DNA from: Raillietiella orientalis
Lineage: Eukaryota
Direction of reading: 5' to 3'
Assembly (NCBI GenBank): GCA_036172245.1
Contig: JAYWIR010000032.1
Location: 2,542,001 to 2,606,000 of the forward strand
Length of the DNA: 64,000 nucleotides
In this document: positions 36,330 through 50,310 of the stretch, in pieces
Numbering within the stretch: the first letter of the stretch is position 1
Layout of the letters: every line of letters begins with the position of its first letter
The notes under the pieces: model-generated
Told to the model about the DNA's origin: nothing
The model's input: only the letters and a program-made list of their open reading frames with translations
The model's database searches: none
Program-made: the position numbers and the translations under genes

Positions 36330-39300
36330 TATTTTATTACTGGATGTTTTCGTTCTTCTGTGATGAAAGCATAAAGCTCTTTGAGATTTTTCTAAGAAAT
36401 GGTTTGCTTGGAAGAGGTCCGTGCAAGGATATTAGGGGATGGAGGAACAAACCACAAGAAAAAGAATTGAATAGAAAAGTACTGCAATGATTACGGGGTG
36501 AGGAAGAAAGCGCAGCTTGTTCGCTGCTGTCCTTTTCATCCTCTCAAGGATGCTGGCAACTTCGTGCTCGTTGCGTACTGTGCGCGAGAATCTCACCGCG
36601 GTTGTTTTGACCCCATGTCCTTCGACAATTCGGAGGACATGGCTTTTTTATTATTCCAACTTCTTTGGTCAGTGGTCCTAGCGATCGCGTTTCCGCAAAC
36701 GGAGCACAATACTGAGATCGCTCAGGTAAACAGCTTTGGTTCGCTCGTGGAGAGACGAGTAAATCAGGCCTTTCAGAAGTTCTGGGAGGTAATCAAACGT
36801 TCACACTCTCGCCGGAAAGAAACACACTCGAAAAGCAGGCGCTCCAAGTTTCCATTTCGCCTCATCTGTTCCATTCTGGTGCCGAACCATTTCTGATAAA
36901 CTGGTGAGGATTGCGTTGCATGAGTTGGCTCCATGCAGCAGTCGCAAAGCAGAGTTTTGCCATCTCAGAGGAAGCATAGTGTATCTTCCACCATGAGTCG
37001 CGAAACCGCGTGGAGATCTCCAATGCTTGCAACGGGATCCCAATTTATCCGCTCTCCGCTGAACTCCTTTAAGAAGGAAAGCTAAGGTGAATGTTTTAGC
37101 GCTGGACGCACTGCGCAGCATTTCAATATCTGCATCATTCTTCTATGTGCGGATGCTGACTGTCTGGGTTACTACTTAGCCACGATAGAGTCACAGCAAG
37201 AAAAGTTCTCTGTGCTCAGAGGATGGTTCTCGGAAAGTCCATTCTATCCTTCAGGAAGCATCGAACGCAAGGTTTCTTGTTTCCAGTTTCTCAGGTTGCA
37301 GAGGATCTAAGCGTGGTCTTGAGCAGAGGTCATCATCTGCCGATGCTGGTAGCAGAATGGAGGTCACCAGATTCAACCCATCAAAAGAACTTTAGTAACT
37401 GTTCCGCACCCTGAAAACCAAATGCGTACAAGCAATGAGTAAGCGATACCAAGAAAACTGTTCATAAGTATTGAAAAAAGAGCTTCGTGGTAAGCGAAGA
37501 CAATTTGGACTCACTTTTGCGATGGAGACTTGCGCTGCACATTTAAATTGTCATTTGTGAAAATTTTATATGGGATGAGTACGGGAAAGTTCAGTCCATG
37601 TTAACCCAAAACGGAAAGCACGACGGAAGCATGTGTCAGACTAGTGCAAAATACATCCTCAAGAACTATTTGCTTCGTTGAATTCTTGTTTTTCCTGCTC
37701 CATACTCTGAGATGAAAAAAATGAGAAGAGTCCAAAACGTGAGCAGTCCGAATTCCTTCTGGACAACAAACCATGCGGGAAGAATTGCCACAGCACTCGG
37801 CAGGTTTCTGGAGACCGCAGCACACACGTGTTTCAGCGATTGTGCGTATTATAATGCCATGCATCTACGAGTTCCATTTAAGGGAAGGAGACAGACTTCA
37901 TCTTGCTGCTGTTTCGAACGAGAGTGCAAGGATTCCATCCATTTCCATACCGAGTGTAATCCGATTGCCTCGCATCCTGAATGGAAGCAGCGGAGAACAT
38001 GGCGAAATGCATCGATAAGATGCAAAATGCCATGGTGAAACGCTCGTTTCTTAGCCACGATACCACTCTCTATTAGCGTGCTCCTGCAGATTCGCATGCG
38101 TGCAATGAGAGACTGGTCCATCTGACATAACGGCCGCAGGTCGATTATTTCTGAGAGAACGAAGTGCCCTCTCTGAAATCGTGCGATTGGAACAGATTTG
38201 TTTCTGCAAGGATATTCGTGATGCACGCCGCCTCTGGTGTTGACCACCTTGATAGACTCTTCCTTTGTGAAAAAAGACTCGTGGATGCATTGTGGAGGGC
38301 GTAGGAAATATTTTCTTGCAAACAGTGAGCAAAAGGTTCGATTATCCAGAAGGTTCGGGCACACCGCTGACGGTGTCCGGAAACAGACTTGCAGGGTTTC
38401 CAGAATGCAAGCAGTCTGCAGCAAGAAACAAAGTGAACCAATGCAGGAGGAGAATGGTACGCCATTCAGCTTGAATCAAAATTTCGAATATAGAAAAAAC
38501 CTGGATCCGACTGTCATATCTCGTTTTAAACTGAACGAGCATTTTCTTTCACAAAACGCCGAAAATGCTTTCTGATTGTATTTGGGAAGCATAATACGCA
38601 AAAATCCCGGAATCACTTGTTAGCTGTCCCTTACCAAGAACTCAGAGATGCTGCCTTCGAATGATTTTGAATGTTATGATATCTTCGCAAACAACAAGCA
38701 TCTGGTCATCTTTTCTGCAGAACTGCCGCTTTGCCACGAGATGCATCCTTGAAGCCAACTAAATTGAATTTACTTATGGACACAACAACATGAGAAGAGC
38801 GCTGTTTGGATGAGAGCTGAACTGCAAATCGTCAAGGAGAATCGATCAGCAGTTCAACTTTGTGTGCAGAAGAGAAGAACCTACACTGTTACTCATCTGA
38901 GCCCAGTACGTCACTGCTCACTCATAATCAGGTCCAGCGTTCTCATTGCAGCGGTCAACATCCATTTTCACCATAAAAGCAAAAAACTCTAAATGTTTGT
39001 TATCATTCTACGAAGCTCATTCTACCCTTTGACGTTCCAAAAAACCCACCAAAACTACTAACAGCCTCTTACGCGGATTTTTATTTTACGACCTCAGAAG
39101 TTTTCACCCGGGTGAGCCGGGGCTTTTATTATTTTAAAAAAATATATAAAATCACAATTTTGAAGTTTCGTCGATGTTTGAACTGTTTTTCTTCCTGTCG
39201 AAACACTTTTTGGTAATGTTTAGCACTTGTTTACCGACTGGAGTGCCGGTAGGGCGTACCTCACTCGCGAAGGGGACGGGAAAAAGGAAAAAAAACAAAA

Positions 39301-40500
39301 AAACGAAAAAAACGCCTGGGGGACATTGTTTATGGGGAGGGGGAGGGAAGGGAAGGGATCACTGATCGCTGGGTGAAGGCCTCTGCATCTGGTTCCTGAT
39401 GCTAACAAGTGCTGGCAATATTTTTCTGAGTCGGCGCCAACGGGAAGCCTTCTCCATGGAGATCAGCGCCCAGAAGCGTGAACTGGAGAAAGTAATTATT
39501 CCTCTTCTTTTCATGAAACTATAAGAAACCTCTAGTAGAATATTTTAGAAAAGTGAAGCTTACTCATGATGCCAAATTCCTAATTCATTTAGCGTATTCG
39601 AATCTCCGTGAACCGCTATTTTGTATTTTGTTTTATCTTTCCAAAGAAGCAGCAATCAAATCTTCGATTCCGTGTACTTGTAAAAACCCGAAGTGCCATG
39701 AGCATCCCAAAAATACATGCAATGCCTGCCAGTGACTTCCTGTTTCCTCTACCAGGTGTACCAGAAGCATCTACCAGGTGTCTCCAGAGTGAATTCTGGA
39801 AGTGAGTTTCTGCGCAGCGTTCCTACTGCGCATGGGAATGTGCAGCAAGGTGTTCTTGCTCTTGCGTGTCTTCTTACATAGATGCGCTGCAACGACTCGG
39901 CATACTCTTTTCTTTCACGGGTTCCAGGCTGCTTCATCGCGAGTGCTAACCACAGTTCATGCAAAAATGGCATGACGTGCAACAGATGATCCTTGAATCT
40001 GAGTAAGAGGCAAACAAGTTCATGATAACGCCACTCGACCATCCATTTCAAAAAAGAGTGTTCTCGGAGTCCATCTGCACATTTCCAGGCATCGCTACTG
40101 CTTTCTCAGTGATTGGACGGTTCTCCTAAAGAGTTGAGCACTGATCTTCATAATGTACATTGAGCAGCCATACTAAACTGCAGTATGCCAAATATATTAC
40201 GAAAATTTGAAAATCTCCGCAGAAGACAGCGTGCTTGCTCCTCCTTTTGCATACACCGTCAAAGCTTTGGTGCATCCGGGGTTTCGACAAAGCGACCGTG
40301 TTACGTCCGCAGACGTGGACACGGCGACACGGATGAAAATGCGTGCTTCTTCTGAAGGTGGAAAAACTGAAAGACATGCTTGGCGACCTCGAAATGTAAA
40401 GCACTGAAATCGAAAATCGTCATTCTTATTGGCCCTCCCAGGGAGCACTTCTCTGTACGGAATTCGTTTTACAGTTTTCTGTTCACGGAGAGTCGTAGAC
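36330..40500 (-). mobile_element. Old, degenerate L1-like ORF2 (APE-RT-C-terminus)
   Basis: AVFCGDFQ (APE GDFN, ~40215), KKRAFHHG (RT3-like, ~38040), EGIRTAHVLDSSHFF (RT4-like, ~37750) and a C-terminal EVASILERM similar to ELAGILQRM of other copies, all in the right order. Confidence 0.55.
39101..39480 (-). mobile_element. Short 3'-end copy of the Tx1-like family nested in the older L1 relic
   Basis: Closely similar to 57876-58230 (e.g. GAAGGGACGGGAAAAAG, GGGGACA.TGTTTATGGGGA, GGCCTCTGCATCTGGTTC) and ends in AATAAA plus hairpin. Confidence 0.8.
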
Positions 40501-40599
40501 GCTCACAAAAAACAGTAATCTATACGTCAAAGTGTGCGTCTACATGTCGTCTGTTCTCGACACGAAACGTGCAGAGAAGCAACGCAAACGAACGCGGTG

Positions 40600-41440
40600 G
40601 GGCCGACAGAGCACAGTCTCTCAGAGCTGCTTCTGCCCTACTGTCGAATGCCTGAACGAATGCCCCTACTGTCGACGAGGGGAAATGCGCGACTCTGGAC
40701 TTGTCCTTCACGGCGGAAGAAGTCTCTTCCACCCGAGCGGGCCTCAAGAGGCAAAAGGCGACGGGTGAGACGGCCTGCCTGTGGAGTTCTTCCGGTGCTT
40801 CGCGGTGGAACTCATCCTTCTGGTGCTGAGCCTTTCTGCGCTGATGTAAGTGACGGGCAATGTGCCCGCTTCCTTACGCTCAGCAAGGGCGTGTCTCCTG
40901 CCAAAAGGAGAAGACTTGCGCCAATTAAACAACTGGCGTTCGATCACCTTAGTGAATTAGGACGTCAAATTGCTCTCCAGCCTCTGGATCGCGCGCCTAG
41001 GCAGGATCGCTGTATCCATGGTAAGCCCGAAGCAGTCCTAAGCTGTTCCCAGACGGTCCATAGATGCGAACCTGTTCTTCGCGCGCACGGGGCTCGAGCT
41101 GCAGCGACGCGTCGCGCACCAAAGCCAGGCAGCCGCAACGACGGCTGCCGCGTCCAGGTGTAGGTGCATACGGCCAGAGAAAACGCCGGGTGCCTTGGCG
41201 GTCGTGGTCGGTCTCCAGAAGTCGTACTGCGTCAACCAGGAACTCCTTCTGGAGCTCTTGGAGCGCCTCAGTATCCCGGTGCATCTCGTGACCTATTTGC
41301 GCGCATGCTGGCGCCACACGCTCATCTCCATCTGTTTCAGCAGCTGCCACATGTATGGCGTGCCCGTGCGGCGGGGCATCAGGCAGGGCGACAGTTTAAG
41401 CCCGTTGCTCTTCAGCATCCTCTTTGAGCTGGTGCTGAGG
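40600..41440 (+). mobile_element. Tx1/L1-like ORF2 RT domains 0-4 (left part of a copy split by the RLE element)
   Basis: LLPKGEDLRQLNNWRSITLVN, CVNQELLLELLERL, then RRGIRQGDSLSPLLFSILFELVLR ending abruptly at 41440. Confidence 0.88.
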
Positions 41441-44400
41441 TTTTGTTTATTACGACATTCTTGTTACATTTGCACCTTATAAAAAGGTTAGTTGTACAAT
41501 AGTTTTGTTAAGTTCAATTTCACAGAGGTTTGAATTGTCTTTGAATACACAGCTGTTGAGGATGGAACATGAAAAGAGGGTCAGTGTATTAAAATAGCAC
41601 TTAGAGGGACGTTAGAACCTAAATAGCTTCTGCTATTGAAGATGCGGAAGAGCCGTCCAAAACGATGTCATCTGCTAGCGGATCCACATTGTCATAGGGG
41701 AGGACTGCTGTTTGTATTTGGGATATAGGGCACAGTTCTCCGTGTTTGGTACATATGCTCATGACGAAGATTTCCTTCGAGGTTTTCTGCTGGATACGCA
41801 GAAGGGTTGGGCGTGGAGATATGGTCGATGTATATGTCCCGGGAGAATTTTATAATTTCTGTACATAGATGCTTAGAGATCGCGGCAATTGTTCTTTGAG
41901 GGATTGCGAGCAATTTTAGGAGCTTATCGTTTTGGGGATCCCATGAGCCCATCGCACCGATTACAAATGCTTGGTTGATGGTGCGCAAGCCTTGATTCCT
42001 GAGGGCGGTCTCGACCTCTGCGTACTTTAGGATTTTGGTTTCTCTTGCACGAGGTAGCAATGATATACGATTTTCGAAGGAGATCACAACGCCAATGATA
42101 ACAGCTGTGGACGCATTCTGTAAAAATATGTCGGGGCAAAGAGTGGAGTTTAACACATATAATCGGCGATCCTTTTGGGCAACGGGCCATCGAGGGGAGA
42201 GGATCTTGAACAAGGTGTCGATGACAACGCTATGTCGTTGGGTGATCATTGTCCCAAGATAAACTGGACAGCGCCACAGGACTTGAGCCTGTTTCTTTCA
42301 CGTGATCACATCTCCGGCATTGCTCAATTTCACTAGGCGCTTTCCGATTTCCGTTGAGAAAGGAGTGGTTCAAACGGGCACGGTGTACAAATCGCCAGTC
42401 TGCGAAGCGGAATGCATCACATGGCTGGCAGGAATGACATGGAGGCTTCGTGGAGGGCTACACATTCTATTGTCCCACCTTGGTCTGGCTCGGCTAGAAG
42501 TGATAAGCGTTTTTGCTCTCTAAAGTGAGCACGCATCGTTCGTGCCACTTGTCGCCACTGCGGAAAGGAGATTTTGGGGTTTTCATGTTCGAGGAAGGAT
42601 AAAGAGAGCGTCGCATAATTGTCATCGAAATTCCACGTTATGGGAAGGTGCTTCGTAGCTTCCCGGAATGTGGACCACATCGTGCGGGGATCACCACTTG
42701 GGCGGTCTAAGGGGGACGAACAGCATCCATTAAAAAACCGAGTAAACAGAACCAGGTTTGGAGGCACAAGAGCCTTCCTACGTACGGCGTCGGAAAGGGA
42801 GAAGGAGAAATCAGTCACATCGGGACACGTTAATAGTTTGAACGCAGTCAGCGATCCTTGTTGGTGCTTCTTCGACAAGAACCATTATCCCTCGGCATCA
42901 TCCATCACGAACACTTCCGTATAGATATTCGTTTGATGACCCTTGGGTAAGCGGGTGAATGCTTTGCTTCAGCGTACTCCGTATTATTTTATCAATCTTG
43001 GCCCATAACGGTAGCGGCTGCTGCCAAGACGAAGGTCATGTACTAATGACCGCAAGAAAGAGCATTTGATGGCGTCCCGTTTCTGCCATGAGGCTAAGGA
43101 GGAGTCAGCAATGATTTTGAAATGGGCAATGAAGGTATACACGTTTCCCTCGTACATGAGTGGATCGAAACCAATCGGTTTCCCTAGGTAATTATAAGTG
43201 TCTTGAAGGGAAAGGGGCGGAATTATTGCACCGCTCACAGATATTGAGGAATTTCGCATTTGTGGCGGGGAAGCTACATAGTGCTAGGAGCCGCACTTGG
43301 GATTTATTTGCAAGTTTGTAGATCGGGTTAAATCTGCCAGTGGTCAAGGCCAGTTGTAGCTCATTCATCGAGTTAGCAATAAGCGCAACATTGTCTGCAT
43401 AAGCAAGAGGAATAATAGAGGGGTGTTGGTGTCTCAGGATTCTGATGAGTTTCTAGAGCGATGTTAAATAACAGCCCATTTAGGGAGCAACCTTGGCTCA
43501 CTCCGGAACGGATCGGTTTTGGGATCGTAAGTCCGCACGAAGCCACTATCGTTGTCGTAGATTCCGAGTACACTTCCGCAATGATTCCTTGGAACTGAAT
43601 ACTAGCCCCTAGCATGGTCAACGTGTCTAGAATGAGCTGATGGCGTCTGTAAAGTCTATCCATGCAATGGCGATGTCTTGGTGGTGCACTCGGAAGCGCT
43701 CGAGTGCAGTGGTCAGGACAAAGTTTTGCTCCAGCACGCCATCATTGGGAAGAAATCCCTTTTGATGGTGTCCAAGGATTCCTTTGTTGAGGATACACGA
43801 GCGCAACCTTTTCGCAAGGATTTTGCAAAATAGTTTGCCAATGGTATTGGAGGTTGCGATGGGGCGAAACTCCGGTACATGTGCCTGTTCAGATCCTCCA
43901 GATTTAGGGATTAGGACTGTGCGTGATGTTTTCCAGTCGTTAGGGATACGAAAGTGATAGACACATGAATTGTATACGGCTGCAAGACGATCCGTCTGGG
44001 TCTACTTTCCGCAGGAGGGAGTACGGGATCCCGTCATTTCCAGGGGTGGTGTCTTGGGAGTTCCTCAATGTGAACAGAACTTCTTCAGCGGTGATGCTTG
44101 CACAATTCACTTCCGAAGAAGAAAGGGTTAAAGGACTTTCCTTGAGTATGTCCGCGTTCATTGTCTTTGCTGAGAACTTTTCACTAAAAATAGTTCGAAT
44201 AATAGATTTGCAGCCGTTAAATTGAATGGGATTCGGGTGAAGAAGAGTGCGAATGGCTCGTTTTCGGTTTCGCTGATACAGGGATTGAAGAAGTTTCAGT
44301 GAGTTAAGGAGAAAGCATTGGAAGAGGATGTAGACCTTGTGGAAGCGTTAAATGCGAGAAAGTGGAATGCCGAAGTTATGACATTCATAATTTCGTTGAG

Positions 44401-47400
44401 GGTGTCCAGGGTACGCTGCCAAGTGTTATTAAACGTCGATAGTGTAAGAAGGGTCGTGAGGATTGGAGTGTAAGAACTAAGGACGGAGTGTGTGCTCGTG
44501 TGTAGTGTATGTTGGGTGCGTGGCAGAACCTGTTGTGCTGCGGAGTTATAGGGTGCAGGTTTGCTGGTTGAGTGCGAGGAATATAAGGGAGTTGGATGTA
44601 TAGTTGTGCTTGCTGTTGTAAGGCTTCAGAGGAAGATGAATTTGATGGAACTATGAGAGATACTGATCCTGTTAGCGTACAGGCTGTTGTAGGGATAGGA
44701 TGCACTGTTTCTATGGCTACAGGTGTGGGGGGTTCGGGTGTCGTTATCGCATCAAAACGGTTAAATGTGGGTATCGGACGAGAAGTGTGAAATGCGGAGA
44801 GGGGTTTGTTGCTTTGATTTTGCAGGCGTATATGCCATCGCATGTGATTGTGTAATCCACGCATAGAAGGAAAAGTGGCCATACAGTTAGGAATGTTACG
44901 TTGAAAAAAAAGGGGGACCGTGGAGGGTTCAGGGCGAGCAAAGTGTTTGAAGCACGGGTGATGTTGAGTAGGATAGGAGACTTCGGAGTTGCATTTCCTA
45001 CAGAGTAACCTGTGCTTGTGGAAAGGAAAGCCGTCGTCAAGTGACGTTTAAGAGACTGAAGTGTGTTGCTCGCATCGAGAGTTTGCGTTCTGCAGGGACA
45101 GGATGGCAGTATGCAGCATAGGGTGCGAGATACGGAAAATCGAACCAAAAGGACGTTGTTAGGTGTAAGAGCCACATCATAGTTAGCAATGGATGGGAGT
45201 GGGAGGTTCGTAATTGGAGGGGTAGTGGGACGGGTGGTGGCTGGAGGAGAGGTTGGATAGGCAGGAAGGGTCCGATTGGGTGGTGGTGCAGCTAAACACT
45301 GTCTAGAGGATCGACGGAGTCTGGGTGGTACTGCATTGCGATGATACTGTGGAGAAGGTCTTTTGAGCTATCCAGATGTAGAAGGTGAAGAGGAGGTGTG
45401 CGGTGGCTACGAAGTCAGAGGTGGAAAGCAGTCGTTTTGGTTGATCGTTGGAGAAGAATTCTGTTGTTTCGCAGAGCTATCCACGCTATCCACAGTGTGT
45501 GGAGCGCTTGGCACAGGTAAGGTTTCGCGTGGAATTTCGACCGAATCGGGGATCTTTTCGAGGGATCGCACTTCGATGGAATCTTTTTCGCGGAGGGAGT
45601 CGCGGAAGCATGGATGCAACCGTGGGGGGATAGCTTCTCGAAAGGCACGAGTTGTTCTAAGGCGAATATAAGGTGGGTTTGGAGCAGTAATAGGATACTT
45701 TGTAGTTTGTTCTAGAGATAAAAAAGGGATACTGCAGTTTGGAGGAGACACAGAAAGGCACGGTTCAAGGGAAGAGTTTCTCTCAGGATTAGATTGAACA
45801 GGAGGAATGGGGACTCAATAAATGCCTTTTTCTTAAGTTTTTCCATTCGAATAGGGGGAGAGCGAGCACTGGAACGTGCAGGAAGTTGTCTTGTTATTGG
45901 TGATTTCCTGCAGGATGAAGATGATTCATGTTCCCAGCTCGGAAGAACGGTATGAAAAGATTTCCTATGCATCACTCGGGGCTGGAGTTTTAAGATGTCT
46001 GCATACGAGGAAAGAGATAACGGAGCTTTCAGTGTGGAAAATGGGGTACCATGATTAGGAGTAACTGTTGAACGGAGTTTCTTGGTCATCGGATGAATAC
46101 CCTGTTTGCTCTCTATCTTCGGAGAAACGTCATCGTTGGGACATGCAGAGAATTGGGCAGAAAGTTTGCTTCGAATTTCCGGAGGGATAGGTTGAAACGC
46201 ATCTTCATTGTCCAGGAATATTTTCACAGCTACCTCAGGGGAAGGAGGGGATGGATTCGCATCGTGTGTCGCAGGCGTCAGGAGGGGTTGTTCGAGGATG
46301 TCGCTCAAGGTTGTACATGAGGCTATTTGCGGAGATTGGGGGAAGTTTGTGTCTTCTAGTGATTTTAGCGGAATATCGTCTCCCGGCTGTTCAAAAAAAG
46401 CTGAATGACTTGGGCCGGCATCCTCATCAAGAAGTTCAAACTCAAATAGTTTCTTGAATTTTGAAGTGTCATGCACGCTTTGGTTGTGTTTCAAGAGGAA
46501 ACCTTTGTGGCAGAAGCTAGAGGTACAGAACGCAAAGGGAAACTTCAACTTTTCAAGGTGGGCGGAAGTTCTAATGTTCGAGTGGATTAATTGCACTTAT
46601 GGGAAGCAGGAGAATATTTCAGAAGGTCGGCAGTAAAGTTGCATTCATTACAAAAGTAAAAAGTAATTTGAGGGGTCATTTCATGGATGCGTGAGTTATG
46701 GTGCTTCAGGCTTCTGGAGAGATTATACTTTTCTACAGCTGAGGAAGCAAACTTGCATCCCTCAATTGGACATGGGCATGGTCGTGGGAGGTAAACACAT
46801 AGATATAGGCATCTGTCGGAGTCTAAGAAAGTGGGCTTGGAAGACGGTTTAAAATTTTCCATGCTGAACGTGTCATGAGGCAAACAAACGTATATCGGAC
46901 AAAAGGTCAATGGACATCCTTAAGAATTACTGCGAAACCTTCAGAAGTACAGACGCGATCGCGAGCGCCATGGACGTGGTAAAAAAAGGAAGTTTTCGGA
47001 ATGCGCGAGACAGCGCGTGAATACTACTGTATACACGAGCAGTGTATAAGCGCAATACTCGTACGCTATCACGTGCCTAGAGCGAAGTGCGGGTGTGCTA
47101 CAAGCATGCCACGTGGGCGCGCCGCCATCTTGGAAAATATCAATGGTTGCAACAGCATTGCACGTAAAACCACGTTTCACTCCGAATTTTGCAAAGCACC
47201 AAATGTTTTGAAAATGCGGGCAAAATTAGCATTAATCAAACCTATGCAATGTCTTGATAGCGACAAAACAAAAACTCTTACCTTGGCCAACCAGGAGCTC
47301 TGTAGTTAAACTATAGCAGCTGCGGGAGATCAGAGGAAAATCCGTACTTTCGCAACAACTAACGTACCACACTAATTTTCCGTATACAGCTAGAGTACGT

Positions 47401-47490
47401 ATTAGAAAACGGTAAATGTTCACAAGTCGTGGCGAGAAAATTTTTTAACACGAACTTCTACACGCCGGAGCTACGCTCAAACACGTCTTG
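41441..47490 (-). mobile_element. Apparently full-length (~6.05 kb) but inactivated RLE-type non-LTR retrotransposon, NeSL/Utopia-like
   Basis: ATG ~46862. N-terminal zinc-finger modules (PCPCPIEGC...SLKHHNSRIH; FPSMRGLHNHMRWH). RT motifs TPGNDGIPY, FRPIATSNTIGKLF, QKGFLPNDG, GVSQGCSL, LAYADN, YNYLG. CRRC knuckle, then RLE RHSVVI..LCPDIF..ISFENR..ARETKILKY..IGAMGSW. Stop 41692; 3' UTR ends AATAAACAAAA. Multiple frameshifts. Confidence 0.9.
47121..47132 (-). promoter_or_regulatory. YY1/Pho consensus site CAAGATGGCGGC in the 5' UTR of the RLE element
   Basis: Exact match to the YY1 consensus; function is inferred only. Confidence 0.4.
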
Positions 47491-48977
47491 CCGTACAGGC
47501 TGCCGCTGGCCAACCTGCCGAGCTCCCGGGAACTCCGGCCGTGGCCGCCTATGCTGACGACCTACTTCTCCTGTTGCCCTTGTCCACCCCAGCGTACAGT
47601 CTCGAAGATTTCTTCGAGCTCATTCGTCGGGGAGCGGGAGTGAGCGTCAACTGGACGAAATTCACCGTTATATCGGTTGGCTCTACGTGGGAGGGAGAAT
47701 CCTCCTGGATCCGCCTGGGGATCCCCACGGGCAGGTGCTTTAAGTACCTTGGTGTTCCGTTGGGCGACTTCTCTCCAGCAGAAGCGTGGTCGGACTTCCT
47801 TCACAAGGACGTGACCGCTCTGGGCCCGTTCCAAGGTTGCAGATTCCTCCTGTCGGAGCGGGCCGCGATATGGAACACCTTCGTTGCCCCCCTCTTGCGC
47901 CCTCTGCTTTTTGTTTGCCCGCCCCCCTACTCGGCCAAGCTCCGGGCGCACAGCCTGTTGAGGAACGCTCTGTGGGGACCTGCGAGGTCCAGGATCCGCC
48001 TGAAAGACTTGGCGGCTCCGCGTCGGGATGCAGGCTTAGGCGTCCTGACGTTGGAGAGGATCGGACTGCAGGTGCAGCTTCGAATGTTGGCCTTGTGCGC
48101 CAACCTTTGGTCCACTCCGTGGTGTGCTTCTGCGCGCCTGCTATTGCGGCGCTGCACCGGCAGCGAAGGACTGCTTGTGCTGCTGCCGCAAACGGAGCAT
48201 GCCACGGGGTCGACCATAGTTTGGCACAAAGTGTCAGAATGTCCGCCACCCTGTTGAGGGGTTTCCTTATGAAACCCCTCAACAGGCTCCTACAAGCTAC
48301 AAACTCCTATTCTTTGATCTGCCGCTCAACGAATTTTAACTCCTGGCGGAAGGAAGCCTTATCGTCCTGGGCAAAGCATCGGGAAGTGCCGCTTACCGAA
48401 CTTCGTTGCGTGCACCTCTCCTCTTATCCTCCATAGGAGGATGTGATGGAAGACCAGGGTAAGTGGGCAATCATGGTCGCCACACCTGTCGCCCAGCGCT
48501 GTCTGCCCTATGGGTATGAGACCACAGTTGCCTACCGGCGAGGTGGAAGGTCTCCTTCAAGATCACAGCAGCAACTCGACCCATAAACTGCTGGAGGACT
48601 AGCGAGCTGGCAGATAACGCAACATTCCGAAGGAACTTCTTCGGTGGAGCGAACTTGTGATTGTACCCCCGAAGAACTTGTGCTCCCTCTCTCGTGCGTG
48701 AACACTTCTGTATTCCCCCTTTCTTGGAAACAGGACATGCTGGTGCATTAGGGTTTCCGTTGCAACCATCGCACGAACCTTGTTTCCGGAGGAGTTGTCT
48801 CTCCAAACTTGAAAAGGTGCGGAGAAACAGAAACGCTCCATCACCTGCTCTTCGACATCGGTGTTCTCCAAGGATTATGGCGGAGGTTGACTTCAGCGCT
48901 CCAGCACCGAGAGGATACCACACGGATTTTAATGCGCCGCTTCTTCACGCCAGGGTGTCTGTCGTTAGGTGCGGTGG
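47491..48977 (+). mobile_element. Tx1/L1-like ORF2, right part of the split copy (RT5-7 to C-terminal zinc finger)
   Basis: AAYADDLLLLL, FKYLGVPLG, LKDLAAPRRDAGLG, KRCGETETLHHLL. Joins seamlessly to 41440 when compared with the intact copy at 63260-63300. Confidence 0.9.
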
Positions 48978-50310
48978 TTTCACACCCGGGTACTCCGGGG
49001 CGTTTATTATCTTACATGAATCGATGGAGCCGATGGCCCACCAATTCCTACTGTTTTAATCTAGAAAGAAGAGGGAGGGAGCCGGAAAGGTACATCTCCA
49101 CGAAGGGGAAGGGGGATGAAACAAAAATAGAAAATGAAAACAAACTATAACAAACAACCAAAAAAAACAATGAAAAAAAAACAAAAATTAGTTGGAGGGA
49201 AGAAAAGGGATCACATTTCGTGGTGGGTGAGGCCTTTGCATCCGTTGAAGGATGCCGGCAAGCTCCTCCTTCTCCCTTTCCAGATTGGGCCACCTCGAAG
49301 CTATCTGCGGGAAGCTGCTGGCGTGGCGTGCAGGGCAGCCCCCCATAGCTATGGCTTCTCTTGACGTCGCACTTCGCCGCGACGACACTGCGAACGCAGC
49401 ACAGCGCTCAGATCGCGGTTGCGGGCGTCACGGCATCTCTCACGAAGAAGGGCTCCAAAGAGTCTCTGGAATCGTCCACGGGGTGCGGAAGGGACGCGGA
49501 GAAACGTTCCCACACGCCTCAGAGAATGATGCACTGCACTAATAGGTGGGGGAATGTCTCCTTCTCTCCCCGCCTGGCACAGTTAGGACATGCGCTTCCC
49601 CTCGTCCAGTGGTGCCGGCGGGCATTGCACGGAAGACATCAGTGCAGTACCAAAAGCGGAAATTGCTGCCACCTAAGAAGAAGCATTTACTGTCCATAAA
49701 CACGGGGGGCACTTCCAACTCTTCGGGCTGATAGGAGAAGAGTTCGCCTTAACGTTCCAGTCCTTTGGAGACGGTTCTTGCTGTTCTTTCTGGACAATGT
49801 GTCAGCCAGCTCTCGCATTGTCCAGAGACCGATAGGCTTCCTGCGAGCCGATATCTCGCAGAAAACCTCCCATTTCACCGGTAGGCAGGTGCCCATGTAC
49901 TTCGATAGTGGAGGACACCGCTGCGGCGAAGGGGGTGACTGCTGAATAGGTCAACATGGTCAGCTCACAACCCACCGCTTCCAATGCTCTTCCGCAGTTC
50001 TTCTGGAACTCTCGGCAGCGGGCAACTTCCGACGGGGCCCGGATGAGCTGGGCTTACGTCCTCACTTTGTCGTACCTCCAGGCCGGAGTATTTGCAGGGC
50101 GGCAGCGAATGCACGTGTTTGCTCTCACCAGAGCAGCGACACCGGAGAGGGAAACTGCAAGATGGAAGCCGACGGTGGTGACATACAAACAGGGTTGCAA
50201 GTCCTTCGCCATGGATTACCAGCTGGGTGAGGAAACGTGCAGGGGCGCACCAATGGGTGGCCCAGTTCTGTGCCACGAAGGCCAGTCTTCTGGGCGCATG
50301 GAAGTTCAAC
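48978..50310 (-). mobile_element. 5'-truncated Tx1-like family copy, tail-to-tail with the preceding copy
   Basis: HAPRR, LWTMRELAD, ASRWPNLEREKEELAGILQRM, pyrimidine-rich 3' UTR, and AATAAA plus hairpin at 49008-48978. Confidence 0.75.
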
